Positions 35,178 through 45,341 of a stretch of 53,842 bases of DNA are shown here, one piece after another. A program made the position numbers and the translations under genes. The notes under the pieces are model-generated. The model saw only the letters and a list, made by a program, of their open reading frames with translations. It was not told where the DNA came from and did no database searches. Each line of letters starts with the position of its first letter. Position 1 is the first letter of the stretch. The stretch is from a virus (Duplodnaviria > Caudoviricetes). The stretch is from the IMG/VR virus record IMGVR_UViG_3300020125_000547, positions 1-53,842 of that record; one strand, 5' to 3'.

Positions 35178-35820
35178 AACGCTCTACGTGCTCGTGGATC
35201 CGCGCGATCATCGCGTGCGCTACGTGGGTGTGACCGTGAATCCGGGCGTGCGGCGCATGCAGCATCGCGAACGTCCGCCGTCTCGCGAGAAAACTCCGCT
35301 GGCGAAATGGAAACGAAAACTGCAACGGAAACACGGTAGCCGACCGCTATTTGTGCCGGTCCTGTGTTGCCAGACCGACGAAGCTTTATACGAGGCTGAG
35401 ATTGCGTGGATTCGTTATTACCGTGCGCGCTGCCTTGATCTCCTCAACGTGGCCGACGGCGGCGTGAGAGACATGACGAAGTGGCGCGAATCCAAATCCG
35501 GACACATGCCATGGAACAAAGGTAAGACGTTTTCCGATGAAGCGCGCGAGCGCATGAGCAGTGCGGCGCGGAGACGCCGCGCGTCCGCCGAGACGCGCGC
35601 GAAAATGTCGGCGGCGCGCATGGGTCACGCGGTATCCGACGAGACACGCTCGCGTATCGGTGCGAAGACGCGCGCGAACGCCACCAGCAAACGACCCGAA
35701 GTGCGGGCCAGGATCGCCGAGACGCTGCGTGGTCGGACGCTGCCTGACGACGTCAAAGCCAAGTTGCGCGCATCACAGCAGCTACGACGCAGCCGCGAGC
35801 GCTGGAGTCAGGTGCCGTGA
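35170..35820 (+). CDS. GIY-YIG homing endonuclease with NUMOD3-like repeats
   Basis: LYVLVDPRD..VRYVGVT, E..WI, LLNVADGG, PWNKGKTFSDEARERMS repeats; atypical codon usage. Confidence 0.85.
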   Translation: MSRTLYVLVDPRDHRVRYVGVTVNPGVRRMQHRERPPSREKTPLAKWKRKLQRKHGSRPLFVPVLCCQTDEALYEAEIAWIRYYRARCLDLLNVADGGVRDMTKWRESKSGHMPWNKGKTFSDEARERMSSAARRRRASAETRAKMSAARMGHAVSDETRSRIGAKTRANATSKRPEVRARIAETLRGRTLPDDVKAKLRASQQLRRSRERWSQVP

Positions 35821-36242
35821 GCCTCCTCAACGTGATCCGACGCTACGCCACCGGCCCGATCCCGATCATTCGCACGCCGGTTGGCACCGTGGTCGACGGG
35901 CAGTACACACCCAGCGACCCCGGCGGCTCATTCTCGTCGCCGACGTTCTCGTCGACGTTCGACACCGACGCGACCCTCACCACGGACCCGATCTACACGA
36001 GCGTGCAGCCGATCAGCGGTGACGAGCTCAAGGACCTCCCCGAGGGCCAGCGCACCGAGGACTCCTGGTACGTGTGGACGACGACGGTGTTGCTCGCGCG
36101 CTCCGCCGCCAACGATCCGGACGTGCTGGTCGGCGGCGTCGGCCTGCCCGAGGGCTCGTGGCGCGTGGAGAAGGTCGAGGGTCCGTTCCGGCTGCTCTCC
36201 GGTCACTACCGGGTGACGGTAAGCAAGGTGGACATCCAGTGA
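35817..36242 (+). CDS. Head closure/connector protein
   Basis: SVQPISGDELKDLPEGQR motif; synteny. Confidence 0.75.
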   Translation: MSLLNVIRRYATGPIPIIRTPVGTVVDGQYTPSDPGGSFSSPTFSSTFDTDATLTTDPIYTSVQPISGDELKDLPEGQRTEDSWYVWTTTVLLARSAANDPDVLVGGVGLPEGSWRVEKVEGPFRLLSGHYRVTVSKVDIQ

Positions 36243-37144
36243 GCGCCATCGCCTGGACCGCGATCCAGAAGGCCCTGCACACCTGGGTCGTCGCCGGCTC
36301 CGGGCTCCCCTTCGATCATGTGCTGTGGGGCTACCGCGGCGCCGGCCGGCCGACCGCGCCACACATCATCCTCACGATCACGAACGTGCGCAACCCCGCG
36401 CACGACTTCGCGAAGGACGAGGACAACCCCCTCACGTTCGGGTCGCTGACGGTCTCGAGCGTCGACTTCGCCGGGAACACGCTCGCGATCGCCGGGCACC
36501 CGCTGGTCACCGGCGACGGGCCCGTGCGTGTCACCTCGACCGGCGGGCTGCCGGCGCCGCTCCAGGCCGGCACCGACTACTGGGTCGTCGTAGTCGATGC
36601 CGGGCACGTCCAGCTCGCCAGCACCTACGAGCACACCGGCGGCAACAACGTCGCGCGCGGACTCGGTTCGACCCCCAACCCCGTCACGGTGATCGCCCTG
36701 ACGACCGCAGGCTTCGGCACGATCACCCTGAGCGCGACCGCCGACACCGTCCGCGCCGGGCAGGAGATCATCGCGCGGGCACAGGGCGTCCGCGAGGTCG
36801 TCATGCACGCCGACTGCTACGCGCCGGAGGGCAGCGGGATCCAAGCGGTGCAGATCCTGACCGACGTGCAAGCCGCCCTCCAGCTCTATGCGACCGCGCT
36901 CGACGCCGCCGGCGTCGGGGTGACGGACTTCGGCGAGGCGTTCTCGCAGGGCGGGGTGAAATTCGTATCCGGCCGCCGCGGGACGATCCTCGAGCCCCGG
37001 GCGATGTTCGATACCACCTTCTACGTAGCCTCCGAGATTACCGGATTCGAGACGATCGTTTCGAGCGTGTCCGCGGACCTGGAGCTACAATCACCGGGTG
37101 GGGACGCCCTCCCTGCAATTCCCGTGCAAGTCACCAGGAGCTAG
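36239..37144 (+). CDS. Tail terminator-like protein with inserted repeated domain
   Basis: Directly precedes the sheath; insert at about 36446-36733. Confidence 0.7.
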   Translation: MSAIAWTAIQKALHTWVVAGSGLPFDHVLWGYRGAGRPTAPHIILTITNVRNPAHDFAKDEDNPLTFGSLTVSSVDFAGNTLAIAGHPLVTGDGPVRVTSTGGLPAPLQAGTDYWVVVVDAGHVQLASTYEHTGGNNVARGLGSTPNPVTVIALTTAGFGTITLSATADTVRAGQEIIARAQGVREVVMHADCYAPEGSGIQAVQILTDVQAALQLYATALDAAGVGVTDFGEAFSQGGVKFVSGRRGTILEPRAMFDTTFYVASEITGFETIVSSVSADLELQSPGGDALPAIPVQVTRS

Positions 37145-37156
37145 CCGCGCAATCAC

Positions 37157-38800
37157 ATGGCCGACAGTGACTTCGTCACGTTCACGATCGCGATCACGAA
37201 CGCCGGTCTCTCGCAGCCCAGCTTCGCGACCCCCCTGATCCCCTCGTATAGCGCGACCTTCCTGGGTGTGCGCTCGTACGGTCAAGCCTCGGACGTCGCC
37301 GTGGACTTCGCCGTGGGCACCGTCGAGTACACCGCCGCCGCCGCGATCTTCGCGCAGCCGGTGCACCCTGACACTGTCAAGATCGCCGCGGCGACGCTGC
37401 CGCCGACAATGCAGTACCAGCTCGGCGCGGCCGCGGCCGTCAACGCCACGAAGTACCAGGTGCAGGTCGACGGGCCCGGGATCACGTCGACGCTCATCTC
37501 GATCACGAGCGACAGTTCGGCGACCGTGCCCGAGATCAACAACGCGCTCCTCGTTGCGCTGAACGCGGTCGTCGGCGCGAACTACACGGCCGCGTTCTCG
37601 CTGCTGGCGTTCACCAACTTCACGTTCACCGCCGACAGCACGACCGACCACCTGACCGCGACCGCGCACGGGCTCAACACCGGCGACGGCCCCGTGCAGG
37701 TCAGCAACTCCGGCGGCGGGCTGCCCGGCGGCCTGGCGACTTCGACGAACTACTGGGTGATCAAGATCGACGCGAACACGTTCGAGCTCGCAACGTCGCT
37801 GGCGAACGCGCTCGCCGGGACCCAGATCGACATCACGACGAACGGTACCGGGACGCAGACGGTGCTCCACCAGACCACCACCGCGTCGCCGAGCCTGGCG
37901 CTGACGATCACCGGCAACTTGGCCGGTAACTGGTTCTCACTCGAGATCAAGAACTTCACCCTGCTGTCGAACAAGATCACCCACGCCGACCCGGGGATCG
38001 CGACGACGCTCGCGGCGATCAGGGCCATCGACGACGACTGGTACTGGCTCGTGATGCCTTGGCCGTCGCACGCGCAGGTCCTGGCCACCGCGGCCTGGGT
38101 CGAGGCCAACGGCAAGGTCTATCTGCCCTTCACCATCTCGACCGACTCGATCAACCAGGCAGTCGGGTTCGGCGATACGCTCGATACGCTCAAGGGCTTC
38201 GCTTACACCCGCACGGACGCCAAGTGGCACCCGTCGCCGGTGCAGATGTTCGACGCCGCGAGCATCGGCGCGATCGCGCCGAAGAACCCCGGTACCTACA
38301 CCGAGGCATTCAAGACCCTCACAGGTGTCCAGCCGGTGAAGCTCTCCCCGACGCAGCGGCAGAACCTCAAGGACCGCCGCGCCGGCAGCTACACGACCGA
38401 GCGCGGCCGGAACGTGACCTGGGACGGGAAGGTCGGCTCAACTACGTACGGCTATCTCGACATCCGGGTCACGGTCGACTGGTTCTCGAGCCAGGTGATC
38501 GGCGCGGTGCTCGGCGTGCTGTTCTCGCTCGACAAGGTCGCCTATACCGACGAGGACATCTCGGCGATCGCAGGCGCGATCCGCGGCGTGATCGCGAACG
38601 CAGTGAGCGACGCGCACAAGGCGCTCGACCCGGGCGACCCGACCAGCACCGACAACCCGCCGCCGGCGGTGACGTTCCCGCGCGTCGCGGACATCTCGGC
38701 GGCGACGCGCGCGCTGCGCCAGCTCCCCAACGGGCTCATCACGGGCCGGTTCCAGGGCGCCGTGCAGAGCGTGGCATTCCAGGCCGTGCTGACGTTCTAG
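37157..38800 (+). CDS. Tail sheath protein (DUF3383-like) with inserted repeated domain
   Basis: DDDWYW, PGTYTEAFKTLTGV, YLDI...DW, KVAYTDEDI, GAVQSV. Confidence 0.88.
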   Translation: MADSDFVTFTIAITNAGLSQPSFATPLIPSYSATFLGVRSYGQASDVAVDFAVGTVEYTAAAAIFAQPVHPDTVKIAAATLPPTMQYQLGAAAAVNATKYQVQVDGPGITSTLISITSDSSATVPEINNALLVALNAVVGANYTAAFSLLAFTNFTFTADSTTDHLTATAHGLNTGDGPVQVSNSGGGLPGGLATSTNYWVIKIDANTFELATSLANALAGTQIDITTNGTGTQTVLHQTTTASPSLALTITGNLAGNWFSLEIKNFTLLSNKITHADPGIATTLAAIRAIDDDWYWLVMPWPSHAQVLATAAWVEANGKVYLPFTISTDSINQAVGFGDTLDTLKGFAYTRTDAKWHPSPVQMFDAASIGAIAPKNPGTYTEAFKTLTGVQPVKLSPTQRQNLKDRRAGSYTTERGRNVTWDGKVGSTTYGYLDIRVTVDWFSSQVIGAVLGVLFSLDKVAYTDEDISAIAGAIRGVIANAVSDAHKALDPGDPTSTDNPPPAVTFPRVADISAATRALRQLPNGLITGRFQGAVQSVAFQAVLTF

Positions 38801-38828
38801 CGGCTGGGCCGCCCGATCGGAACACCCC

Positions 38829-39266
38829 ATGCCCGTCAAGAAATACTCTCCCAAGAAGGTCACCGGCAGCTGGAGCCCGCCGGGCACCACGATCCAGCCG
38901 ACCGGCTTCATGGACGGCACGTTCCTCGAGATCGAGTACGCCGAGGACGCCGTCACGATCCACGTCGGCGCCGATGGTACGGTCTCCGCGGTGCTCAACG
39001 CGAACAAACTCGCCTACGTCACGCTGACGCTGGCGCAGACCAGTGCCGACAACGCAAAGTTGTCCGCGCAGGTGCCCGACGCCGACGCGAACCGGCTACC
39101 GTCGGGAGCGATGAACTGGGAGGACCTAAACGGCCTCAGCCTGATCCACGGCGAGGACGCCTTCATCGTCAAAACCGCGGCCGTCGAGTTCGGCAAGAGC
39201 ATCACCGGCCGGAAGTGGAAGTTCGCGATCACGAAGGCCGTCATCAATGTCGGCTCGGGGGGCTAG
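38829..39266 (+). CDS. Tail tube protein (DUF3277-like)
   Basis: YSPKKV...GF.DGTF.EI...VGADG...TLTLAQTS..N..LS. Confidence 0.85.
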   Translation: MPVKKYSPKKVTGSWSPPGTTIQPTGFMDGTFLEIEYAEDAVTIHVGADGTVSAVLNANKLAYVTLTLAQTSADNAKLSAQVPDADANRLPSGAMNWEDLNGLSLIHGEDAFIVKTAAVEFGKSITGRKWKFAITKAVINVGSGG

Positions 39267-39269
39267 CCC

Positions 39270-39503
39270 ATGACACTCGGACAGACCGTCATCTATACGC
39301 TCAACGACCACGACCGCGAACGACTACATGCGCTCGGCTCGCGACATCCGAACAACGGCGCGCCCGAGGCTCCGGCCACGGTCGTCCGGGTCTGGAGCGA
39401 CACGTGCGTGAACCTTAGAGTTCACTGCGATGACACTTTCGACTTGTGGGTCACCTCCGCCACGAAGGGCGAGGGGGCGCGGACCTGGAAGGAGGGCCCG
39501 TGA
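39270..39503 (+). CDS. Conserved small phage protein
   Basis: PATVVRVWSDTCVNLRV...WVTSA..GEG..TW. Confidence 0.65.
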   Translation: MTLGQTVIYTLNDHDRERLHALGSRHPNNGAPEAPATVVRVWSDTCVNLRVHCDDTFDLWVTSATKGEGARTWKEGP

Positions 39504-39973
39504 CGCGTCGGCTCGAAGAAACCGAAGTCAAGACCGAGGGCTTGCCCGACGCGCGCATCGCCGCGCAGGCGCTGCCGATCGAGGACGCCGAGGATCTCCT
39601 GCCCGAGGTGCTCGAGCTCGTCGCGATCGCCGGGACGCGCGCGCTCGGCCTGCTCTCGAGCGGGACGGTGCGCGGCACCGACGACGTCCTCGCGCTGCTG
39701 CCGGCGCTGCCGGAGCTTACAGCCAAGCTCAGCGGCGGCCGGCTGCGCTCGCTGCACAAGCGCGCGTGTCGCACGACCAGTGTCACGCTTGCCGACGAGC
39801 GCGGCGAGCGGACGAAGTACGACCTGGTCAACGACAAGGAGCGCGCCGAGTGCCTCGACGCGCGGCCGGACCTCTACCTGCGGATACTGCTCGCCGCATT
39901 GAAGGTGACGTACGCCCGTTTTTTTCCCGGGCTCGCCCGCCTCGGGGCGGGCAAGAAGACGGCGTCGAGCTGA
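39500..39973 (+). CDS. Tail assembly chaperone (G-like)
   Basis: Between tube and tape measure; slippery site near its 3' end. Confidence 0.75.
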   Translation: MTRRLEETEVKTEGLPDARIAAQALPIEDAEDLLPEVLELVAIAGTRALGLLSSGTVRGTDDVLALLPALPELTAKLSGGRLRSLHKRACRTTSVTLADERGERTKYDLVNDKERAECLDARPDLYLRILLAALKVTYARFFPGLARLGAGKKTASS

Positions 39974-40185
39974 CCCAGCTCCACCCGGAGCACGAGGCGC
40001 ACCCGCGCGTGTGGCGGCTGTACCTCGCTCGGCCGACGTACACCCTGGAGCAGATCCGCGAGATGTCGCTCGAGGACGTTCACCTACAACTCTGGCTCCT
40101 CGGGCGCATCGACGCGGCGAGGGCGGAGGCGGACGAGCGCGCCCGCGAGAGCGCCGAGGCCGAGCGCACAGCCGGGGGGTTCTAG
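39919..40185 (+). other. -1 frameshift site T TTT TTT (39919-39925) and GT-like extension
   Basis: In-frame heptamer; the -1 frame stays open to 40185 (TYTLEQIREMSLEDV), abutting the tape measure start. Confidence 0.8.
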
Positions 40186-41751
40186 GTGATCGTCGCAGAA
40201 TTGTTCACGACTCTCGGTCTCCTACCCGACAAGGAATCGTTCGACGTCGGCGCAGATCTCATCGAGAGCCTGGGGAAGGCCGTCGAGACGTATCTCAGCT
40301 ACGAAGCGCTGAAGCACGTCGTCGAAATGTTCGAGCATGTCGCGGAGGCGGCCGACCACGCAGCGAAAGCCGCACAGCGCACCGGCATCGCGGTCGAGAC
40401 GTTCCAGGAGCTCGACCATGCGGCCGCGATGTCCGACACGAGCATCGGCGACGTCACGAGCGGGCTGGGTCACCTCGAGAAGGGCATGGAGAAGCTCGCG
40501 CAGACCGGCAAAGGGCCGGTCGGTGACGCGCTTCGCAAGCTGCACGTCTCGCTGGCGGCACTGAAGCACGACACGCCAGAGCAGCGCCTCGAGCGCCTCG
40601 CCAGCGCGTTCGCCAAGCTACCGGCAGGCGCCGAGAAGGCACAGCTCGCGATGCAGCTGTTCGGTGGCGCCGGGAAGTCGATGATCCCGCTGCTCAACGC
40701 CGGCGCGGCCGGCATCGAGCAGATGCGCGGCGAGGCGTACCAGCTCGGTCTCGTGATCGACGAGGACGTCGCGCACAAGTTCGAGGAATTCAACGACCAG
40801 CAGCACCGGGTCGGTGACTGGTTCCAAGGATTCAAGAACCAGATCGCCGTGGGGTTGCTGCCCATGCTCTCGGAGATCGTGGATCACTTCTACGAGTGGC
40901 TGCAGGCGAACCGCGAGTGGATCGAGCAGGGCGTCGCGACGGTGCTCGACGCACTGATCGCCGGGTTCAAGTTCCTCGCCGAGACGCTCGCCGACGGAAT
41001 CGAGTTCCTGAAGAAGCACAAGGAGTACCTCGTCGCGATCGGCCTGGTCATCGCCGGGATCATCGTGCCGGCCGTGGTGAGCTGGGCGGCGGCGACGCTC
41101 GTCGCGATGGCGCCGTGGATCGCGCTCGGCGCCGCGGTCGCGCTCGTCGCGTACTGGATCAAGGAAATCTGGGACGACAGCAACGAAGGCTACACGATGG
41201 CCGAGGTGTGGGAGGCCATCAAGAGCCTGGCGGAGGAGTTCGGCACCTGGCTTTCGCAGTTGCCGGAGAACGCGCGCACCTGGATCAACGATACCGGCGA
41301 GGCCATCAAGAGCGCGATGAAGGATGCGTGGGACGCGGCGGTCAAGATCGCGAAGGACGCGTGGGAGTCGATCAAGCAGATCCCGGTGATCGGGCAGATC
41401 CTGCAGGGTGGCGAGTACCTCGGCAAGAAGGTCGCCGGCATCGTCGGCCATGACCTGACGGATCTGCGTCAGAACCGCGAGGCGTTCGGGCAGACGCACA
41501 AGGAGATCGACGAATCCCTGAAGCACCTGCACGAGGTGGAAGTGCGCGGCGCGGCGATCGAGGCCGAGGCGCGCCGACTCGGCGGCGGGGGCAGTACCAC
41601 GATCCAGGGCGGCGACGTGCACGTCACCGTACACGCCGCGAGCATGACGCCGGAGCAGGTCGAGAAGCACGTGACCGGCGCCGTTCGCGAGGCGCAAACC
41701 GACGCCATCCGGCAGGCGCACGCCAGCCTCGGCGGAGGGAAGCGCCAGTGA
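40186..41751 (+). CDS. Tape measure protein
   Basis: IVAELFTTLG start, LAMQLFGGAGKSMIPLLN.G, helical and hydrophobic segments. Confidence 0.85.
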   Translation: MIVAELFTTLGLLPDKESFDVGADLIESLGKAVETYLSYEALKHVVEMFEHVAEAADHAAKAAQRTGIAVETFQELDHAAAMSDTSIGDVTSGLGHLEKGMEKLAQTGKGPVGDALRKLHVSLAALKHDTPEQRLERLASAFAKLPAGAEKAQLAMQLFGGAGKSMIPLLNAGAAGIEQMRGEAYQLGLVIDEDVAHKFEEFNDQQHRVGDWFQGFKNQIAVGLLPMLSEIVDHFYEWLQANREWIEQGVATVLDALIAGFKFLAETLADGIEFLKKHKEYLVAIGLVIAGIIVPAVVSWAAATLVAMAPWIALGAAVALVAYWIKEIWDDSNEGYTMAEVWEAIKSLAEEFGTWLSQLPENARTWINDTGEAIKSAMKDAWDAAVKIAKDAWESIKQIPVIGQILQGGEYLGKKVAGIVGHDLTDLRQNREAFGQTHKEIDESLKHLHEVEVRGAAIEAEARRLGGGGSTTIQGGDVHVTVHAASMTPEQVEKHVTGAVREAQTDAIRQAHASLGGGKRQ

Positions 41752-41797
41752 GGGCGCGCGCGCGGAGCCGGGGCCTCGCCGGGGCCGGGGGCCGGCC

Positions 41798-42631
41798 GTG
41801 ATCACCATCGACGGTCTCCCCATGGACCTCGCCGAGAAGGAGGACCACGTCCTCAAGTCGGCGATCACGAAGCACCCGGTCGAGACCGGCGTCGACATCA
41901 CCGACCACATCCGGCCGGAGCCTCGCACGCTGACCCTAACTGGCGTCGTGGTGTCGAATACGCCGATCGGCGCGATCGCCGCCGACCCGAGCCGGCAGGG
42001 GCGGAACGACTTCGCCGGCAACACGTACCGCTTCTTGCGCGACCTGTGGGCGACCCCGCGCACGGTGGTCGTGGTGACCGGGCTCGAGCGGTACGAGTCC
42101 ATGGCGATGGCGACGCTCCAGATCCCGCGCGAGAGCAAGGATGCCGGCGCGCTGGTGTACACGGTCACCTTCGAGGAGGTGCAGATCAAGCAGCAGCGTC
42201 GCGCGACCGTGCTCCTCCCGGCGACGGCCGGCGAGATCGACCTCGGGCCGGTCGGGATCGCCACGCTCGACGGCAAACACATCCTGTGGCGCAAGGGCAA
42301 ACCCCCCGGCAAGCCGTCGCGCGTGTTCGACAGCACCGAGAAGCCTGACGGCGTGATCGTCGGGGAGGAGGTCGTGTCGCTGACGAAGGGCAAGCTGATC
42401 CACCAGGACGGGAAGACGCAGCTCTCGACCGAGGAGGAGGCCGCGTTGCGGCTTGACCTGCGCCGCGACGAGAAGTTCAAGCAGCAGGCCGCCAACCGCG
42501 CGCCGAAGGATCAGCGTCCGGAAGCGCTGAAAGAGGTCGACCGGAAGCGCACAGACACCGCGCTGCGGATCCTCAACGGTAAGGACCGCGCCGGCGTGAA
42601 GCCCGACCCCGCCGTCGCCGGAGCGAAGTAG
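41798..42631 (+). CDS. Baseplate/tube-initiator (Dit-like) protein
   Basis: ITKHPVETGVDITDH..PEP..LTLTGVVVSNTP. Confidence 0.8.
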   Translation: MITIDGLPMDLAEKEDHVLKSAITKHPVETGVDITDHIRPEPRTLTLTGVVVSNTPIGAIAADPSRQGRNDFAGNTYRFLRDLWATPRTVVVVTGLERYESMAMATLQIPRESKDAGALVYTVTFEEVQIKQQRRATVLLPATAGEIDLGPVGIATLDGKHILWRKGKPPGKPSRVFDSTEKPDGVIVGEEVVSLTKGKLIHQDGKTQLSTEEEAALRLDLRRDEKFKQQAANRAPKDQRPEALKEVDRKRTDTALRILNGKDRAGVKPDPAVAGAK

Positions 42632-42633
42632 CT

Positions 42634-43044
42634 ATGCCCGTCGTCCTCCCCCTCCGCCCGTCGATCGGCGCGTACAGGTTCACGCTGCAGCTCGAGGACG
42701 TCCAGTATCGCTTCCGCCTGAAGTGGAACAGCGTCGAGCGCCCGGGTTCGGCGCCCGCGACGCCCGGCGTCATCACTGCGCCTGCGAAGGGCATGTGGTA
42801 CATGGACATCGCCGAGTTCGACGGCACGCCGATCCTGGCCGGCGTCAAGATCGTGCTCGGCTCCTACCTCGGCCGGTGGAGCAACCACCCGCTGATCCTC
42901 AACGGCGTGTTCGTCGCGCGCTCGAGCGCGCCGATCCACGACGACCCGGGATTCGACGACCTCGGCGTGACCGTGCAGGTCCTGTACTTCAACCGCGCGG
43001 ATCTCGCGGCCGAGATGCTGGGCGCGTTCTCGGAGGCGACGTAG
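42634..43044 (+). CDS. Baseplate plug-like protein
   Basis: YRFRLKWN...WYMDI..DGTPILAGVKIVLG...DDLG...LY. Confidence 0.75.
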   Translation: MPVVLPLRPSIGAYRFTLQLEDVQYRFRLKWNSVERPGSAPATPGVITAPAKGMWYMDIAEFDGTPILAGVKIVLGSYLGRWSNHPLILNGVFVARSSAPIHDDPGFDDLGVTVQVLYFNRADLAAEMLGAFSEAT

Positions 43045-43071
43045 GCGCGCTGCGCGCCCGGGATCCACCGC

Positions 43072-43983
43072 ATGGCCGACCTCGTCCCGCCGCTCCCCCC
43101 GTCGCAGCTCCGGCTCCTGTTCCGCGCCGTCGAGGTGACGATCGCCAACCAGCCGCAGCCGACGCCTGGCAAGGGTGCGTTCTTCGAGCGCGAGCCAAAC
43201 GCGCTGGTCGTCGACTCGCTGCGTGTGCAGTTCGACATCAAGCGCTCAGTGGCGAAAGGCCCGAACCCCGGGGTCGTCAAGATCAGTAACATGGCGCCCG
43301 ACAGCCGCGGACGCTTCAGCCGGATGCCGGTGTACGTGATCCTCCGGGCCGGTCACGACGGCGTGTTGCGCCCGCTCATGGAGGGCAACGTCACGCATTC
43401 GATCTCCGAGCTCAAGCACACCGACTGGATCACGAAGGTCCAGTTCGCCGACGGCGGCCGCTCGTACGCGCGCAGTGAGTTCTCGCGCTCCTACGCGCCG
43501 CCGGTGCGCGCACTGCAGGTGCTCGGCGACGCCGCGGGCGCGATGGGCCTGACGCTGCCGCCGGAAGCCGAGCAATCGCCCGAGCTTCGCCAGGCGCTCG
43601 AGTCTGGGGTCTCCGTGCACGGCCCGACGCGCGACACGTTGACGAAGCTGCTCGCGCGCTACGGGTTCAACTGGAGCGTGCAGAACGGCCGGCTGCAGAT
43701 TCTCAAGCAGGGCGCCACGAACCGCCGGCGCGCGTGGGTGGTCAGCGAGGACGTCGGGATGATCGGGTCGCCCGACGCGACGCTCCCCCACAAGCCGGGT
43801 AAGCCGTCCGAGCTCGTGGTGAAGGTGCTGCTGTTCCCCGAGATCATCCCCGGGGACTCGATCCAACTGACGAGCAAGAGCTTCCGGGGCGCGGTCTACC
43901 GCGTGAACGACGTGCACCACATCGGCGACACGCACGGCAACGAGTGGACGACGTCGCTCAAGTGTGTGGCGCCGACGGGGTAG
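43072..43983 (+). CDS. Baseplate hub protein
   Basis: LRVQFDIKRS...N...KISN, WSVQNGRLQ, GMIGSP, HIGDTHGNEW. Confidence 0.8.
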   Translation: MADLVPPLPPSQLRLLFRAVEVTIANQPQPTPGKGAFFEREPNALVVDSLRVQFDIKRSVAKGPNPGVVKISNMAPDSRGRFSRMPVYVILRAGHDGVLRPLMEGNVTHSISELKHTDWITKVQFADGGRSYARSEFSRSYAPPVRALQVLGDAAGAMGLTLPPEAEQSPELRQALESGVSVHGPTRDTLTKLLARYGFNWSVQNGRLQILKQGATNRRRAWVVSEDVGMIGSPDATLPHKPGKPSELVVKVLLFPEIIPGDSIQLTSKSFRGAVYRVNDVHHIGDTHGNEWTTSLKCVAPTG

Positions 43984-44009
43984 GATCACGTTGTGCGGCT
44001 TGACGTCGC

Positions 44010-44051
44010 GGTACACGTAGATCGTGCTGCACGGGTACACGTGGATCCTGC
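44010..44051 (+). repeat. Intergenic 18-bp imperfect direct repeat
   Basis: GGTACACGTAGATCGTGC / GGTACACGTGGATCCTGC, period 24. Confidence 0.55.
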
Positions 44052-44066
44052 GTGGTACCCTAGGTC

Positions 44067-44762
44067 ATGGCGATCTCCACGAGCACCATCGGCCCAATCC
44101 CCGCGCCCGCGGACGAGCCCCGCGACCCCGACCTCCTCGACCTGCTCGAGCGGTTCCGCGAGGTCCTGCTCGACGGGATCCACACGACCGAGCCCGGGCG
44201 GATCACCGCGTACGACCCGGCGACGCAGCTCGCCTCCGCGCAGCCCGAGGTCCAGGGCCGGCGCGTCGAGGAGGACGGCAGCCTGAGCCCCGTCACGAAG
44301 CCAGCCGTGCACCGGGCGCCGGTGATGTTCCTCGGCGCCTCACCGAAGGGCCGGATCACCTGGCCGGTGCAGGTCGGCGACCCGTGCACGATCTACTACT
44401 GCTCCTCCGCGATCTCGCGGTGGGTGACACTCGGCCGGGTCGTCGACCCCGGCGACGATCGGCGACACGACCTCGCGGACGCGATCATCGCGCCGTCGCT
44501 GCACAGCGCCGCGTCCGTGCCGACCGACGCGCCGACCGACGCGCTAGTGCTGCACGCCGACGCGGTGAAGATCGGGTCCTCGAGCGCGAGCCAGCGGTCG
44601 GTCCGAGGCGACGCGTTCCTCAACGCGTTAGACACGCTGATCGATTCGATCGGGACTGCGGTCGGAAGCGTCCCCGGCGCCAGCGCGGCGATCACCGCCG
44701 CGAAAGGTGTGTTCGATGCGGCCGCGGCCAGCTTCCTGTCAACTGCCGTCCGGCTGGAATAA
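44067..44762 (+). CDS. Baseplate spike (Gp138-like N-terminal domain)
   Basis: HTTEPGRITAYDPATQLASAQP, ITWPVQVGD, RRHDLADAI. Confidence 0.85.
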   Translation: MAISTSTIGPIPAPADEPRDPDLLDLLERFREVLLDGIHTTEPGRITAYDPATQLASAQPEVQGRRVEEDGSLSPVTKPAVHRAPVMFLGASPKGRITWPVQVGDPCTIYYCSSAISRWVTLGRVVDPGDDRRHDLADAIIAPSLHSAASVPTDAPTDALVLHADAVKIGSSSASQRSVRGDAFLNALDTLIDSIGTAVGSVPGASAAITAAKGVFDAAAASFLSTAVRLE

Positions 44763-44804
44763 ATGCGGCGGGGGCGCGAACCCCGCGTGCGCCACGCCCG
44801 CCGC
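44758..44804 (-). terminator. Possible terminator of the reverse cassette
   Basis: GCGGCGGG/CCCGCCGC stem followed by ATTTATT on the minus strand. Confidence 0.4.
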
Positions 44805-44845
44805 TCGCCGGAGGTAGGCGGCAGCGGGCACGGCGCGAGGATGCT

Positions 44846-45127
44846 TTAGAGCGCGCGTGTGCCGCCGACCTCGACGGTGATCGTCAGGCTCCACTGGGAG
44901 CGGTCGCCCGGGCTCACGCAGCGGGCCGGCTCGATGTCATGCCCGATGGTCCCCAGGGCACCCCGGCACGCGACCGTCAGCGCCCGGGCGCGTTCCGGGG
45001 ACGTGGTGCGGATCTCGAAGGTCACGCGACCGTCGCTCTCGGCGGGCAGGTCGTCGGAGAGCTCGTCGCCGGTCTGGAGCTGCTGCTGGATGATCTTGTG
45101 AACGTTGCGAACGCGATCGATGGACAT
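44846..45127 (-). CDS. Hypothetical protein
   Basis: AAGGAG RBS; reverse cassette. Confidence 0.6.
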   Translation of the reverse strand: MSIDRVRNVHKIIQQQLQTGDELSDDLPAESDGRVTFEIRTTSPERARALTVACRGALGTIGHDIEPARCVSPGDRSQWSLTITVEVGGTRAL

Positions 45128-45128
45128 G

Positions 45129-45341
45129 TCATCTCCTTGGGGTGAGCCACCACGGCGAACACACGATCGTGTCGCCGTCGTCGAGATTAGCCGGGGGCCG
45201 GTGTACGCCGAACACGGCCGTGGGATCGTAGGTACGCGTGGGGACGGCGATCTGCGCTGAGCGGCCTGCGAACACGACCCCGAATCGCCGCTCCGGGCGA
45301 AGTGGGAGCACGCGCCGGAGGCGAGCAGGCAAGATCAGCAC
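45129..45341 (-). CDS. Hypothetical protein
   Basis: GGAG RBS; fills the gap between neighbours. Confidence 0.45.
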   Translation of the reverse strand: MLILPARLRRVLPLRPERRFGVVFAGRSAQIAVPTRTYDPTAVFGVHRPPANLDDGDTIVCSPWWLTPRR

